From positions 48,202 to 112,201 of the forward strand of contig CAWGVS010000012.1 in NCBI GenBank assembly GCA_963826115.1: 64,000 nucleotides of DNA, read 5' to 3'. Positions 55,907-64,000 of the stretch are shown piece after piece. Source of the stretch: an uncultured Candidatus Rokubacteria bacterium. GTDB taxonomy: Bacteria; Methylomirabilota; Methylomirabilia; Rokubacteriales; DASRDR01. A program made the position numbers and the translations under genes. Positions within the stretch are counted from its first letter, which is position 1, and every line of letters begins with the position of its first letter. Under the pieces are notes generated by a model. It saw only the letters and a list, made by a program, of their open reading frames with translations, did not search any database and had not been told where the DNA came from.

Positions 55907-57841
55907 GTGGGGGTGATTCAGCTCGAGGGCGTCTCCAAGGCCTACGGCGACCGCGTGCTCTTCCGCGGGGTCACGTGGCAGCTCGCCGGCCGCGAGCGCA
56001 TCGGGCTCGTCGGGCCGAACGGCATCGGCAAGACGACGCTCTGCCGGATCCTGGCGGGACTCGACTCACCGGACACCGGGCGCGTGAGCCGGGCCCGCGA
56101 GGCGACGGTCGGCTACCTCCCGCAGGAGGCCGCCGGCGAGGCCCGCGGCTCCGTCCTCGGCGAGGTCCTCTCGGGGTTCCCGGAAGTCTGGGAGCTCGAG
56201 CGACAGATGGAGGCACTCGCCGCGCAGCTCCACGAGGCCTCCGACGAGGCGCTGACCGCGCGGTACGGGGACCTCCAGCACCGGTTCGAGGCGCTCGGCG
56301 GGTACCGGCTCGAGACGGAGGCCCGCGTCGTCCTGAGCGGGCTCGGCTTCCGGGAGGCGGAGCTCGCGCGGCCTCTCCAGGAGTTCTCGGGCGGCTGGCG
56401 GATGCGCGCGGCGCTCGCGCGGCTCCTCCTGCAGCACCCGACGCTCCTCCTCCTCGACGAGCCGACGAACCACCTCGACCTCGAGTCGCTCGGGTGGCTC
56501 GAGAGCTACCTCGACGCCTACGACGGCTCCGTCGCCGTCGTCTCCCACGACCGGTATTTCCTGAACCGCATGGTGACGACGATCGCCGACCTGTCGCCGG
56601 CCGGGCTCGAGCTCTATCCCGGTGACTACGACGACTACCTCGCGCAGCGCGAGGCCCGGCAGGCCCTGCTCGAGGCGCGGGCGCGCAACCAGGCCAAGCG
56701 CGTGGCGGAGATCGAGCGCTTCATCGAGCGCTTCCGCTACAAGGCGACGAAGGCGCGCCAGGTCCAGAGCCGGATCAAGATGCTGGGGCGCATCGACCGG
56801 ATCGAGGTCGACGGGGCCGCCCGCCAGATCCGCTTCCGGTTCCCGGCGCCGCCGCGGACGGGCCGGCACGTCGTCCAGCTCCGGCGCGTCGCCAAGGCCT
56901 ACGGCCCCAAGGTCGTCTACGCCGGGATCGACCTGGATCTCGAGCGCGGCGATCGCGTCGCCCTCGTCGGGCCGAACGGCGCCGGGAAGTCGACGCTCCT
57001 CCGCATCCTCGCGGGCGCGCTCGCGCCCGACGGCGGGGAGCGGGTCCTGGGCGCCCACGTCGCCGCGCAGTACTACGCCCAGCACCAGCTCGACGCTCTC
57101 GATCCCGCGCGCACCGTGCTCGAGGAGATGGAGGCGGCCGCGCCGGACACCGACCGCACGCGGCTTCGCACGCTGCTCGGCGCCTTCCTCTTCTCGGGCG
57201 ACGCCGTGGACAAGCGCGTCCGGGTGCTCTCCGGGGGGGAGAAGGCGCGGCTCGCCCTCGCGCGGATGCTCGCGCGGCCCGCGCCCCTCCTCTGCCTGGA
57301 CGAGCCCACGAACCACCTGGACCTCGCGTCCCGCGCCGTCCTCGAGGATGCCCTCGCCGACTTCGCGGGGACGATGGTGTTCATCTCGCACGATCGCTAC
57401 TTCATCAACCGTCTGGCCACCAAGGTCATCGAGGTCCGGGACGGCCGCCTCGTGACCCATCTCGGCGGCTACGACGACTACCAGGCCGCGCTCACCCGCC
57501 CCGCCGCGGCGCCGGCCACGCCCGTCGCGCCGCCGCCCGCGCGGGAGCCGGCCACGGCGACGGCCAGCCCGCCGGCGCCACCCGGGCGCGCGCGGCGCCG
57601 GCCACGCGTCGACCCGGTCGTGCGCGAGCTCCGGCACCGCCTCGACGGCCTCGAGACCCAGATCCACGCGCTCGAGGCGCGGCTCGAGGACCTCGGCCGC
57701 ACCCTCGCCGACCCCGCCCTCTACGCCGACGGCGAGCGGGCACGCGCGGTGACGCTCGAGCGCCAGCAGGCCGAGGAGCAGGTCGCCTGGCTGCTCCACC
57801 AGTGGGAGACGCTGTCGGAATCCCTGACCGCCCATGAGTGA
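55907..57841 (+). CDS. ABC-F family ATPase (Uup/YheS/EttA-like, two ABC domains, C-terminal coiled coil)
   Basis: GPNGIGKTT and GPNGAGKST Walker A motifs, LSGGWRMR and LSGGEKAR signatures, no TM domain. The start may be GTG 55913 (VIQLEGV). Confidence 0.9.
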   Translation: MGVIQLEGVSKAYGDRVLFRGVTWQLAGRERIGLVGPNGIGKTTLCRILAGLDSPDTGRVSRAREATVGYLPQEAAGEARGSVLGEVLSGFPEVWELERQMEALAAQLHEASDEALTARYGDLQHRFEALGGYRLETEARVVLSGLGFREAELARPLQEFSGGWRMRAALARLLLQHPTLLLLDEPTNHLDLESLGWLESYLDAYDGSVAVVSHDRYFLNRMVTTIADLSPAGLELYPGDYDDYLAQREARQALLEARARNQAKRVAEIERFIERFRYKATKARQVQSRIKMLGRIDRIEVDGAARQIRFRFPAPPRTGRHVVQLRRVAKAYGPKVVYAGIDLDLERGDRVALVGPNGAGKSTLLRILAGALAPDGGERVLGAHVAAQYYAQHQLDALDPARTVLEEMEAAAPDTDRTRLRTLLGAFLFSGDAVDKRVRVLSGGEKARLALARMLARPAPLLCLDEPTNHLDLASRAVLEDALADFAGTMVFISHDRYFINRLATKVIEVRDGRLVTHLGGYDDYQAALTRPAAAPATPVAPPPAREPATATASPPAPPGRARRRPRVDPVVRELRHRLDGLETQIHALEARLEDLGRTLADPALYADGERARAVTLERQQAEEQVAWLLHQWETLSESLTAHE

Positions 57842-57877
57842 GGGCGGGCCGGATCCCCGGCGCTAACCCACGCGCCG

Positions 57878-58684
57878 ATGCCGTTCGCGACGGTCGACGG
57901 GCTCCGCCTCTACTACGAGTGGCACGGTCCCGAGACCGCGCCGCCCGTCGTCCTGGTGATGGGGCTCGGCGGTGACAGCACCGCCTGGCCGTTCCAGCTC
58001 GCGGCGCTCGCGCCCCGCTATCGGGTGCTGGTCTTCGACAACCGCGGCGCCGGCCGGAGCGACGCGCCCGACATCCCGTACACGACCCGTGGGATGGCCG
58101 GCGATCTCCTGGGCCTCCTCGACGCGCTCGGCGTCGAGCGGGCGCACCTCGTCGGGCTCTCGCTCGGCGGCACCATCGCCCAGGAGGCGACGCTCGCCGC
58201 GCCGGCGCGCGTCCTGAGTCTCCAGCTCCACGCGACATGGGCGGGACCGCACCCCTACTTCCAGGCGCTGGTCGGCGCGGTCCGCGCGGCCCGGCAGGGC
58301 TTCGAGCGCGAGGCCTTCTACCGGGCGCTCAGCGTGTGGCTCTTCACCCCGGCGTGCTTCGCGCGCCAGCCCGAGCTGGTGGAGATGCTGGTGCAGCGGG
58401 CGACCCACCATCCCTACCCGGTCCCGCTCCACGCCTACCTCCGCCAGAGCGACGCCGCGCTCGGACACGACGCGCGGGACCGCCTCCACCTGATCCGGTG
58501 CCCGACGCTGGTCGCCGTCGGCGGCCAGGACCTGATCACGCCGCCGCTCCTGGCCGAGGAGCTCGCGAGCCGGATCCCCGGCGCCGAGCTCCGCCTCCTG
58601 CCGGACGCCGGCCACGGGGCGATCTGGGAAGCGCCCGAGACATTCAACCGCGTGTGCCTCGGCTTCCTCGACGGGCTCGCCTGA
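57878..58684 (+). CDS. Alpha/beta hydrolase fold protein (3-oxoadipate enol-lactonase-like)
   Basis: VVLVMGLGGD, the GLSLGG nucleophile elbow, and C-terminal DAGHG. Confidence 0.85.
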   Translation: MPFATVDGLRLYYEWHGPETAPPVVLVMGLGGDSTAWPFQLAALAPRYRVLVFDNRGAGRSDAPDIPYTTRGMAGDLLGLLDALGVERAHLVGLSLGGTIAQEATLAAPARVLSLQLHATWAGPHPYFQALVGAVRAARQGFEREAFYRALSVWLFTPACFARQPELVEMLVQRATHHPYPVPLHAYLRQSDAALGHDARDRLHLIRCPTLVAVGGQDLITPPLLAEELASRIPGAELRLLPDAGHGAIWEAPETFNRVCLGFLDGLA

Positions 58685-58722
58685 GCCTCGCGCGAGGGAT
58701 CGGGCCGGAACCCCGCGGAAAA

Positions 58723-58751
58723 TTGACAGCCCCGGATCGCGGGGCTATCAT
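58723..58751 (+). promoter_or_regulatory. Sigma-70-type promoter candidate TTGACA-N17-TATCAT upstream of hom
   Basis: TTGACA 58723-58728 and TATCAT 58746-58751. The spacer contains the inverted repeat GCCCCG-GATCG-CGGGGC. A leader of about 58 nt ends in AAGGGGG before GTG 58816. Confidence 0.5.
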
Positions 58752-58815
58752 CCAGGCTCGTTCCCGCCCGGTGGATTCAGCGGTTCGTCGGTCATCCTCA
58801 CGAAGGGGGTCAGGC

Positions 58816-60108
58816 GTGCGCGAGATCGGGATCGGCGTCCTCGGCGCCGGCACCGTCGGCGGCGGGGTGCTCAAGATCTACCGCCAGCACCGCGCCGATC
58901 TCGAGGCGCGCGCGGGCTGCCGCCTCCGCATCGTGGCCGTCGTGGCCCGCGACGTCGCCGCGCCGCGCGAGGGGCTCGAGCTGGCCGACTGGCCACTCAG
59001 CGCCGACCCCGAGCGTGTCCTCGCCGACCCGGCCGTCTCCCTCGTCGTCGAGGTGATCGGGGGGCTCGAGCCCGCGCGCACGTACGTCCTCCGCGCGCTG
59101 GAGGCCGGCAAGCACGTCGTGACGGCGAACAAGGCGCTCCTCGCGACCCACGGGACGGAGCTCTTCGCGGCGGCGCGGCGGCGCGGCGTGCTGCTCGCGT
59201 TCGAGGCGGCGGTCGCGGGGGGCGTGCCGATCATCGGCGCCCTGCGGGACGGCCTGGCCGCGAACCGGATCCTCGGGCTCCAGGGCATCGTGAACGGCAC
59301 CTCGAACTTCATCCTGACGAAGATGACGGACGAGGGGCGCGACTTCGCCGAGGCGCTCCGGGAGGCGCAGGCCGCGGGCTACGCGGAGGCCGATCCCACC
59401 CTGGACGTCGAGGGGATCGATTCCGCGCACAAGTTGCAGATCCTCGCGTCCCTGGCCTTCCGGACTCAGGTGGACCTCAAGGACATCTACACGGCGGGGA
59501 TCGCCCGGCTGGAGGCGATCGAGATCGCCTACGCGCGGGAGCTCGGGTACCGGGTCAAGCTCCTCGCGATCGCGAAGGCCTCCGACGGCGCCCTCGAGGC
59601 CCGCGTGCACCCGACCCTCATCCCCGCCTCGTCGCCCCTCGCCGCCGTCTCCGGCGCCTTCAACGCGATCCTGGTGATCGGAGACGCCGCCGGCGACCAG
59701 ATGTTCTACGGCCGGGGGGCGGGCCAGATGCCGACGGCGTCGGCGGTCTGGTCGGACGCCATCGACCTCGCGCGGCGCATCGCGCACCAGCACGTGGTCC
59801 TGGCCGAGGACTTCCCGCTGGGCGGCGAGCGCCGCCTCCGGATGCGCCCCATGAGCGAGGTCCGCTCGGCCTACTACCTCCGCGCGATGGTCCAGGACCG
59901 CCCGGGCGTGCTCTCGCAAGTGGCCGGGATCCTCGGGCGCCACGACATCTCGATCGCCTCGGTCATCCAGAAGGGGCGGGCCGGCGCGGTGCCCATCGTC
60001 ATGATGACGCACGAGGCGCTCGAGCGAAACATGACGGCCGCGCTCACGGAGATCGACCGCCTCGGCGTCGTGGCCCTCCCGACCGTGCTCCTCCGCGTCG
60101 AGGCCTAG
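58816..60108 (+). CDS. hom: Homoserine dehydrogenase
   Basis: GTG 58816 (VREIGIGVLGAGTVGGGV). NGTSNFILT and the C-terminal ACT domain. 430 aa. Confidence 0.9.
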   Translation: MREIGIGVLGAGTVGGGVLKIYRQHRADLEARAGCRLRIVAVVARDVAAPREGLELADWPLSADPERVLADPAVSLVVEVIGGLEPARTYVLRALEAGKHVVTANKALLATHGTELFAAARRRGVLLAFEAAVAGGVPIIGALRDGLAANRILGLQGIVNGTSNFILTKMTDEGRDFAEALREAQAAGYAEADPTLDVEGIDSAHKLQILASLAFRTQVDLKDIYTAGIARLEAIEIAYARELGYRVKLLAIAKASDGALEARVHPTLIPASSPLAAVSGAFNAILVIGDAAGDQMFYGRGAGQMPTASAVWSDAIDLARRIAHQHVVLAEDFPLGGERRLRMRPMSEVRSAYYLRAMVQDRPGVLSQVAGILGRHDISIASVIQKGRAGAVPIVMMTHEALERNMTAALTEIDRLGVVALPTVLLRVEA

Positions 60109-60133
60109 CCGGGCGCGCCCGGCCTCCGCGCGC

Positions 60134-60163
60134 TTGAACGCGCGCGGGCCCCTGGGGTAGCAT
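60134..60163 (+). promoter_or_regulatory. Sigma-70-type promoter candidate TTGAAC-N18-TAGCAT upstream of lysC
   Basis: TTGAAC 60134-60139 sits in the loop of the CCGCGCGC/GCGCGCGG hairpin. TAGCAT 60158-60163. An ATG at 60171 lies 7 nt downstream. Confidence 0.4.
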
Positions 60164-60181
60164 CCCCGCGATGAGCCGCTC

Positions 60182-61396
60182 ATGGGCCTGATCGTCCAGA
60201 AGTACGGCGGATCCTCGGTCGCCGACGCCCAGAAGATCCGCGGCGTCGCCCGCCGCGTCATCGAGACGGCCAAGGCCGGCCACGGCGTCGTCGTCGTCGT
60301 TTCGGCCATGGGCAAGACGACCGACGGGTTGATCCGCCTGGCCCACGAGGTCACGCCCACCCCGCCCGAGCGCGAGCTCGACATGCTGCTCGCCACCGGC
60401 GAGCAGGTCTCCATCGCGCTCCTGGCCATGGCGATCGACACCGGCGGCCACAAGGCGCGCTCGTTCACGGGCGAGCAGGCGGGGATCCGGACCGACGCCG
60501 CACACACGCGGGCGCGCATCGTCGGCATCGACGGCGACAAGGTCCGCCGCGCGCTCGACGACGGCTTCGTGGCCATCGTGGCGGGGTTCCAGGGCGTGAC
60601 CGAGGAGGACGACATCACGACGCTGGGGCGCGGCGGGTCCGATCTCACGGCGGTCGCCCTCGCCGCGGCGCTCGGCGCGGACGTCTGCGAGATCTACACC
60701 GACGTGGACGGCGTCTTCACCGCAGATCCCAACATCGTGCCCGAGGCCAAGAAGCTCGACCGGATCTCGTACGACGAGATGCTCGAGATGGCGAGCCTGG
60801 GCGCCAAGGTGCTGCAATCCCGGTCGGTCGAGTTTGCGAAGAAGTACGGGGTGCCAGTGCACGTCCGCTCCACGTTCAAGACGGACCCCGGCACGCTCGT
60901 GACGAGAGAGGATCCGAACATGGAAGCCGTCGTCGTGACCGGCATCGCCCATGCCCGCGACCAGGCCAAGGTCACGATCCGGGGGGTCCCGGATCGGCCG
61001 GGGATCGCCGCCCAGGTCTTCGGGACCGTGGGGGACCACGGCGTCGTCGTGGACATGATCGTCCAGAACGTGAGTCGCGACGGACTGACCGACATCTCCT
61101 TCACGGTGCCCCGTGGCGATCGACCGACCGTGGTCGCCACCCTGGAGGCCATCGCCCGGAAGATCGGGGCCGAGAGCGTGACCCACGACGACCGCGTCGC
61201 CAAGGTGTCGATCATCGGCGTCGGCATGCGCAGTCACTCGGGGGTCGCCGCGCGGATGTTCCGGGCGCTCTCGCGGGAGAACGTCAACATCCACATGATC
61301 TCGACCTCGGAGATCGCCGTCTCCTGCGTCATCGAGGACAAGTACACCGAGCTCGCCGTCCGCGCCCTCCACGACACGTTCGAGCTGGCGAGCTGA
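60182..61396 (+). CDS. lysC: Aspartate kinase (monofunctional, two C-terminal ACT domains)
   Basis: [30 protein letters not shown], and an internal [11 protein letters not shown] (possible beta-subunit start). Confidence 0.95.
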   Translation: MGLIVQKYGGSSVADAQKIRGVARRVIETAKAGHGVVVVVSAMGKTTDGLIRLAHEVTPTPPERELDMLLATGEQVSIALLAMAIDTGGHKARSFTGEQAGIRTDAAHTRARIVGIDGDKVRRALDDGFVAIVAGFQGVTEEDDITTLGRGGSDLTAVALAAALGADVCEIYTDVDGVFTADPNIVPEAKKLDRISYDEMLEMASLGAKVLQSRSVEFAKKYGVPVHVRSTFKTDPGTLVTREDPNMEAVVVTGIAHARDQAKVTIRGVPDRPGIAAQVFGTVGDHGVVVDMIVQNVSRDGLTDISFTVPRGDRPTVVATLEAIARKIGAESVTHDDRVAKVSIIGVGMRSHSGVAARMFRALSRENVNIHMISTSEIAVSCVIEDKYTELAVRALHDTFELAS

Positions 61397-61408
61397 CGGC
61401 GAAGCCCG

Positions 61409-64000
61409 TCAGGGCTTCGGGGCGGGGGCCGCGCCGCCGCCCGGCGGCGCCGGCGTCGAAGTCGTCGCCGGCCCGAGGCGCGAGAGCGAGTCGCGCGCCC
61501 ACTGCGCGAGCGCCGGGTCGACGCCGGGCCGCGCGGCGAGCTTCCGGAGGACGATGGCGGCCTCGCGCGGCATCTGGCGGGCGACGTAGGTCTGCGCCGC
61601 CCCCTGGAGTCCCTGGGCCGCCCAGATCGGCTGGTCTCCGTACGCGTAGGTGGCGCTGAGGTAGGCGTTCAGCGCCGACTCGTAGTCGCCCCGCGTCCGG
61701 AAGAGCTCGCCGAGCCGGAACTCCGCCTCCGCCGCCACGGCCGGATCATCCGCCCGGCGCGCGACCTCGAAGGCCTGGCGCGCCTGGTCCCAGTGCTGCG
61801 CGCCCATCAGCAGTTGCCCGCGGCCCAGCTCGATCCCCGGCGTCGCCGTGTCCCCGGGGTACTGGCGGAGGAAGCCGTCCATCGCCGAGAGGGCCCGGTC
61901 CGGCTGGCCCTGCGCCTGGAAGGCGCGCACCAGGATGAGGTTCGCCCGAGCCGCGCGCGGATCGCCCGGGGGCGCGTCGCGGAGGAAGCCCTCCGCCGCC
62001 CGCTGGGCCTCGCCCGCGTCCCCCGCGGCGAGCGCGATCTCGGCGAGCCCGAACCACGCGTCGCCGCGAACGTCCGCCGACACGGGGCGGGTCAGGAGGT
62101 CCCGGTACGCCTGGCGGGCCACGTCGGGGCGCGACCCCGCGGCCGCCGTCAGGCGGAGGAGCGCATCGGTGCCCAGATCGTTCGTCGCGTGATCCCGCAG
62201 GAGCCGCTGGGTCCAGGCTTGCGCCTCGCTGAGGTCGCTCCGGTCGAGCGCGGCGACCATGAGCCCGTAGAGGACGGCGGGGGTGCCGGCATGCCGCGGG
62301 AAACGGTCGACGAAGCTCGTGCCGCGCTCGCGGAACGCGTCCCGGTCGCCCCGCTGCACGGCCACCAGCACGAGCCCGTACGTGGCCGACGTCGCGACGT
62401 CCACGGCGGCGAAGCGCGCGCGCCCGAGCGCGTCCTCCGCCTCCGCCAGGCGGTTCTGGGCGAGCGCCGCGAGCCCCGCGCCGAGCCAGCTCGAGGGCTC
62501 CTGTGGGGTCGCGCTCGCCGCGAGGCGGAACTGCCGCTCGGCCTGATCGTAGTGCCCGAGCTCGTAGTGGGCGATCCCGAGGGCGCGGCGCGCGATGGCC
62601 TGGGTGGGCAGGTCCGCGATCCGCGGCGCCAAGGGCTCGAGGGTCCGGACGGCGTCGGCGTGGGACCCCGTGCGCAAGGCGAGGATGCCGCGGTTCAGCG
62701 CGATGGCGTCGGCGTTGCGGAGTCCGGGCGGCGGCGTGGTGACGCCGCGGAGTGCCTCGAGCGCCTCCGGCTCGCGGCCCTGCCGGAGGGCGACGTCCGC
62801 GATGGCCAGCAGCGCCATGGCCCGCGTCTCGGTCTCCGGCATGCCCGCGACCTGGCGCCACTCGCGGAGCGCGCCCTCGGCGTCCCCGTCCCGGAGGAGC
62901 GCCCAGCCGAGGGCGAGGCGCGTCCGCGCCGCGAGCGGAGAATCCGGGAAGTCCCGCAGGGCGGTCCGCAGCACGGCGGCCGCGCGGTTCGGATCGTCGC
63001 CCCGCGCGGCGCTCTCCGCGACCAGGAGGAGCGCGCCCTCGCGCAGCTCGGGCAGGATTCCCACGCGGAGGAGCGCCTCGCCCTCGCGGCGCGCGCTCGC
63101 GGTGTCGTTCTCGCGCAGCGCGATCAACCCCAGCCGATAGCTCGCGCGCTGGGCCACCGCTTCCTCTTTGCCCTCGTCCCGGAGCTTTCGGAAGTGGTCC
63201 TTGGCCTCGAGGAGCCGCCCGTCCAGCTCGAGCTGCTCGCCGAGCCGGTAACGGACGTAGTCCTGCGTCGCGGGCGACAGCGGGAGGAGCAGGATCTCGC
63301 GGTAGATGTCGGTCGCTTCGCTCCCCGCGCCCCGGGCCCGCGCGGCGTCCGCGATGAGGAGGAGCGCCGCGGGCACCAGGGGATCGCGGGCCGACTCGGT
63401 CTTCAGCTGGCGCGCGGCGCTCGCCGCGCGCGCCGTGTCGCCCAGCGCCAGGTAGCCGCGGACCAGGCCGGCGCGGATCTGCGGCCGGAGCTCCGGCCGC
63501 GGGTTCGCGGCCTCGGCCTCGAGGAAGCGCTTCACCGCCTCGTCGGTGGCGTTCCGCTCGAGCGCGATCCAGCCGGCCTGCACGAGGGCGTCTCCCCGCA
63601 AGGGATGCGTCGGGGGCACGCCGGCGGCGAACCGGGTCAGGAGCTCGAGCCCGCCGTCGAGGTCGCCGAGGCGGCCCTGCGCCACCCCCCGCCAGAACGG
63701 CATCTCCGTGAGGATCGCTCCGGGGGCGCCGCTCTGGGTCACCTCGTCGAAGAGCGTGATCGCCTCGGCGGGCCGGTTCTGCAGGAGGCGCGCGATGCCC
63801 AGGAAGTAGCGCGTGACCAGCGCGAGCTGCTGGGGCGGCACCGCCTTCAGCGCGCGCTCGAGGGCCGCCTCCGCCTCGACGGGATCGCCCCGCCGGAGCG
63901 CGAGGAGCCCGAGGCCGACCTCGGCGTGCATCGCGAGAGGGGCCGGCGGCCCGAGCGACAGGCCCGCGCGATAGGCGCGCTCCGCGCGAGCCGCCGCGGG
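61409..64000 (-). CDS. Large TPR-repeat protein; the N-terminus lies outside the window
   Basis: ORF 61409..63931 stays open to the window edge. It consists of degenerate TPR-like repeats throughout, with a Pro/Ala-rich C-terminus. Confidence 0.8.
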   Translation of the reverse strand, partial: PAAARAERAYRAGLSLGPPAPLAMHAEVGLGLLALRRGDPVEAEAALERALKAVPPQQLALVTRYFLGIARLLQNRPAEAITLFDEVTQSGAPGAILTEMPFWRGVAQGRLGDLDGGLELLTRFAAGVPPTHPLRGDALVQAGWIALERNATDEAVKRFLEAEAANPRPELRPQIRAGLVRGYLALGDTARAASAARQLKTESARDPLVPAALLLIADAARARGAGSEATDIYREILLLPLSPATQDYVRYRLGEQLELDGRLLEAKDHFRKLRDEGKEEAVAQRASYRLGLIALRENDTASARREGEALLRVGILPELREGALLLVAESAARGDDPNRAAAVLRTALRDFPDSPLAARTRLALGWALLRDGDAEGALREWRQVAGMPETETRAMALLAIADVALRQGREPEALEALRGVTTPPPGLRNADAIALNRGILALRTGSHADAVRTLEPLAPRIADLPTQAIARRALGIAHYELGHYDQAERQFRLAASATPQEPSSWLGAGLAALAQNRLAEAEDALGRARFAAVDVATSATYGLVLVAVQRGDRDAFRERGTSFVDRFPRHAGTPAVLYGLMVAALDRSDLSEAQAWTQRLLRDHATNDLGTDALLRLTAAAGSRPDVARQAYRDLLTRPVSADVRGDAWFGLAEIALAAGDAGEAQRAAEGFLRDAPPGDPRAARANLILVRAFQAQGQPDRALSAMDGFLRQYPGDTATPGIELGRGQLLMGAQHWDQARQAFEVARRADDPAVAAEAEFRLGELFRTRGDYESALNAYLSATYAYGDQPIWAAQGLQGAAQTYVARQMPREAAIVLRKLAARPGVDPALAQWARDSLSRLGPATTSTPAPPGGGAAPAPKP

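Overview
Very GC-rich bacterial chromosomal DNA (about 70% GC by eye, not computed). About 55 credible protein genes are densely packed, and many are joined by ATGA/GTGA start-stop overlaps. I saw no rRNA, tRNA, CRISPR array, transposase or integrase. BamD indicates a diderm host. The phylum cannot be fixed from sequence alone; the gene content resembles soil Methylomirabilota/Rokubacteria-like or delta-proteobacterial genomes. Left to right the window holds: two TagF-like genes; a gamma-glutamyl module (C26 amidotransferase, GGT) and an M23 peptidase; an ABC importer flanked by two PaaK-like adenylate-forming enzymes; a proteostasis and housekeeping block (clpB, dnaJ-like, ftsH, rpoD-like sigma); LemA and an MFS transporter; a hyuA-hyuB-SDR-2xRidA catabolic operon; YciI; PAS+MBL, HAD, pxpA/C/B and a DUF1445 D-glutamate-cyclase-like gene; a PAT-type GNAT; a LarA-like gene; bamD; dppD/dppF-like ATPases; then the region I find most interesting (38.8-55.9 kb); and finally an ABC-F ATPase, an alpha/beta hydrolase, hom, lysC and a large TPR protein that runs off the window. 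The interesting region holds two paralogous proteins of about 1390 aa. Each fuses an N-terminal sigma-54 activator AAA+ core and Fis-type HTH to a degenerate cyclase-homology domain, a STAND/AAA_16 P-loop and a long TPR array. Each is transcribed divergently from an operon that carries a near-consensus sigma-54 -24/-12 promoter: TGGCACCCCGATTGC and TGGCATCCCCATTGC. One operon is a tightly coupled six-gene set (UPF0104 flippase-like, PAP2, heme-oxygenase-like di-iron, enolase superfamily, GH3, ICMT-type methyltransferase). The other encodes a small membrane protein and a B12-binding radical SAM enzyme. I know of no characterised system with this combination. Secondary observations are a recurring -10-like box (TAGAAT, TAGGAT and similar) 6-10 nt upstream of start codons, which suggests leaderless mRNAs; an operator-like palindrome over the clpB -35; a truncated ABC ATPase remnant; and short high-GC3 ORFs missing from the ORF track. 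All functional calls come from motif recognition by eye, because no database search could be run.
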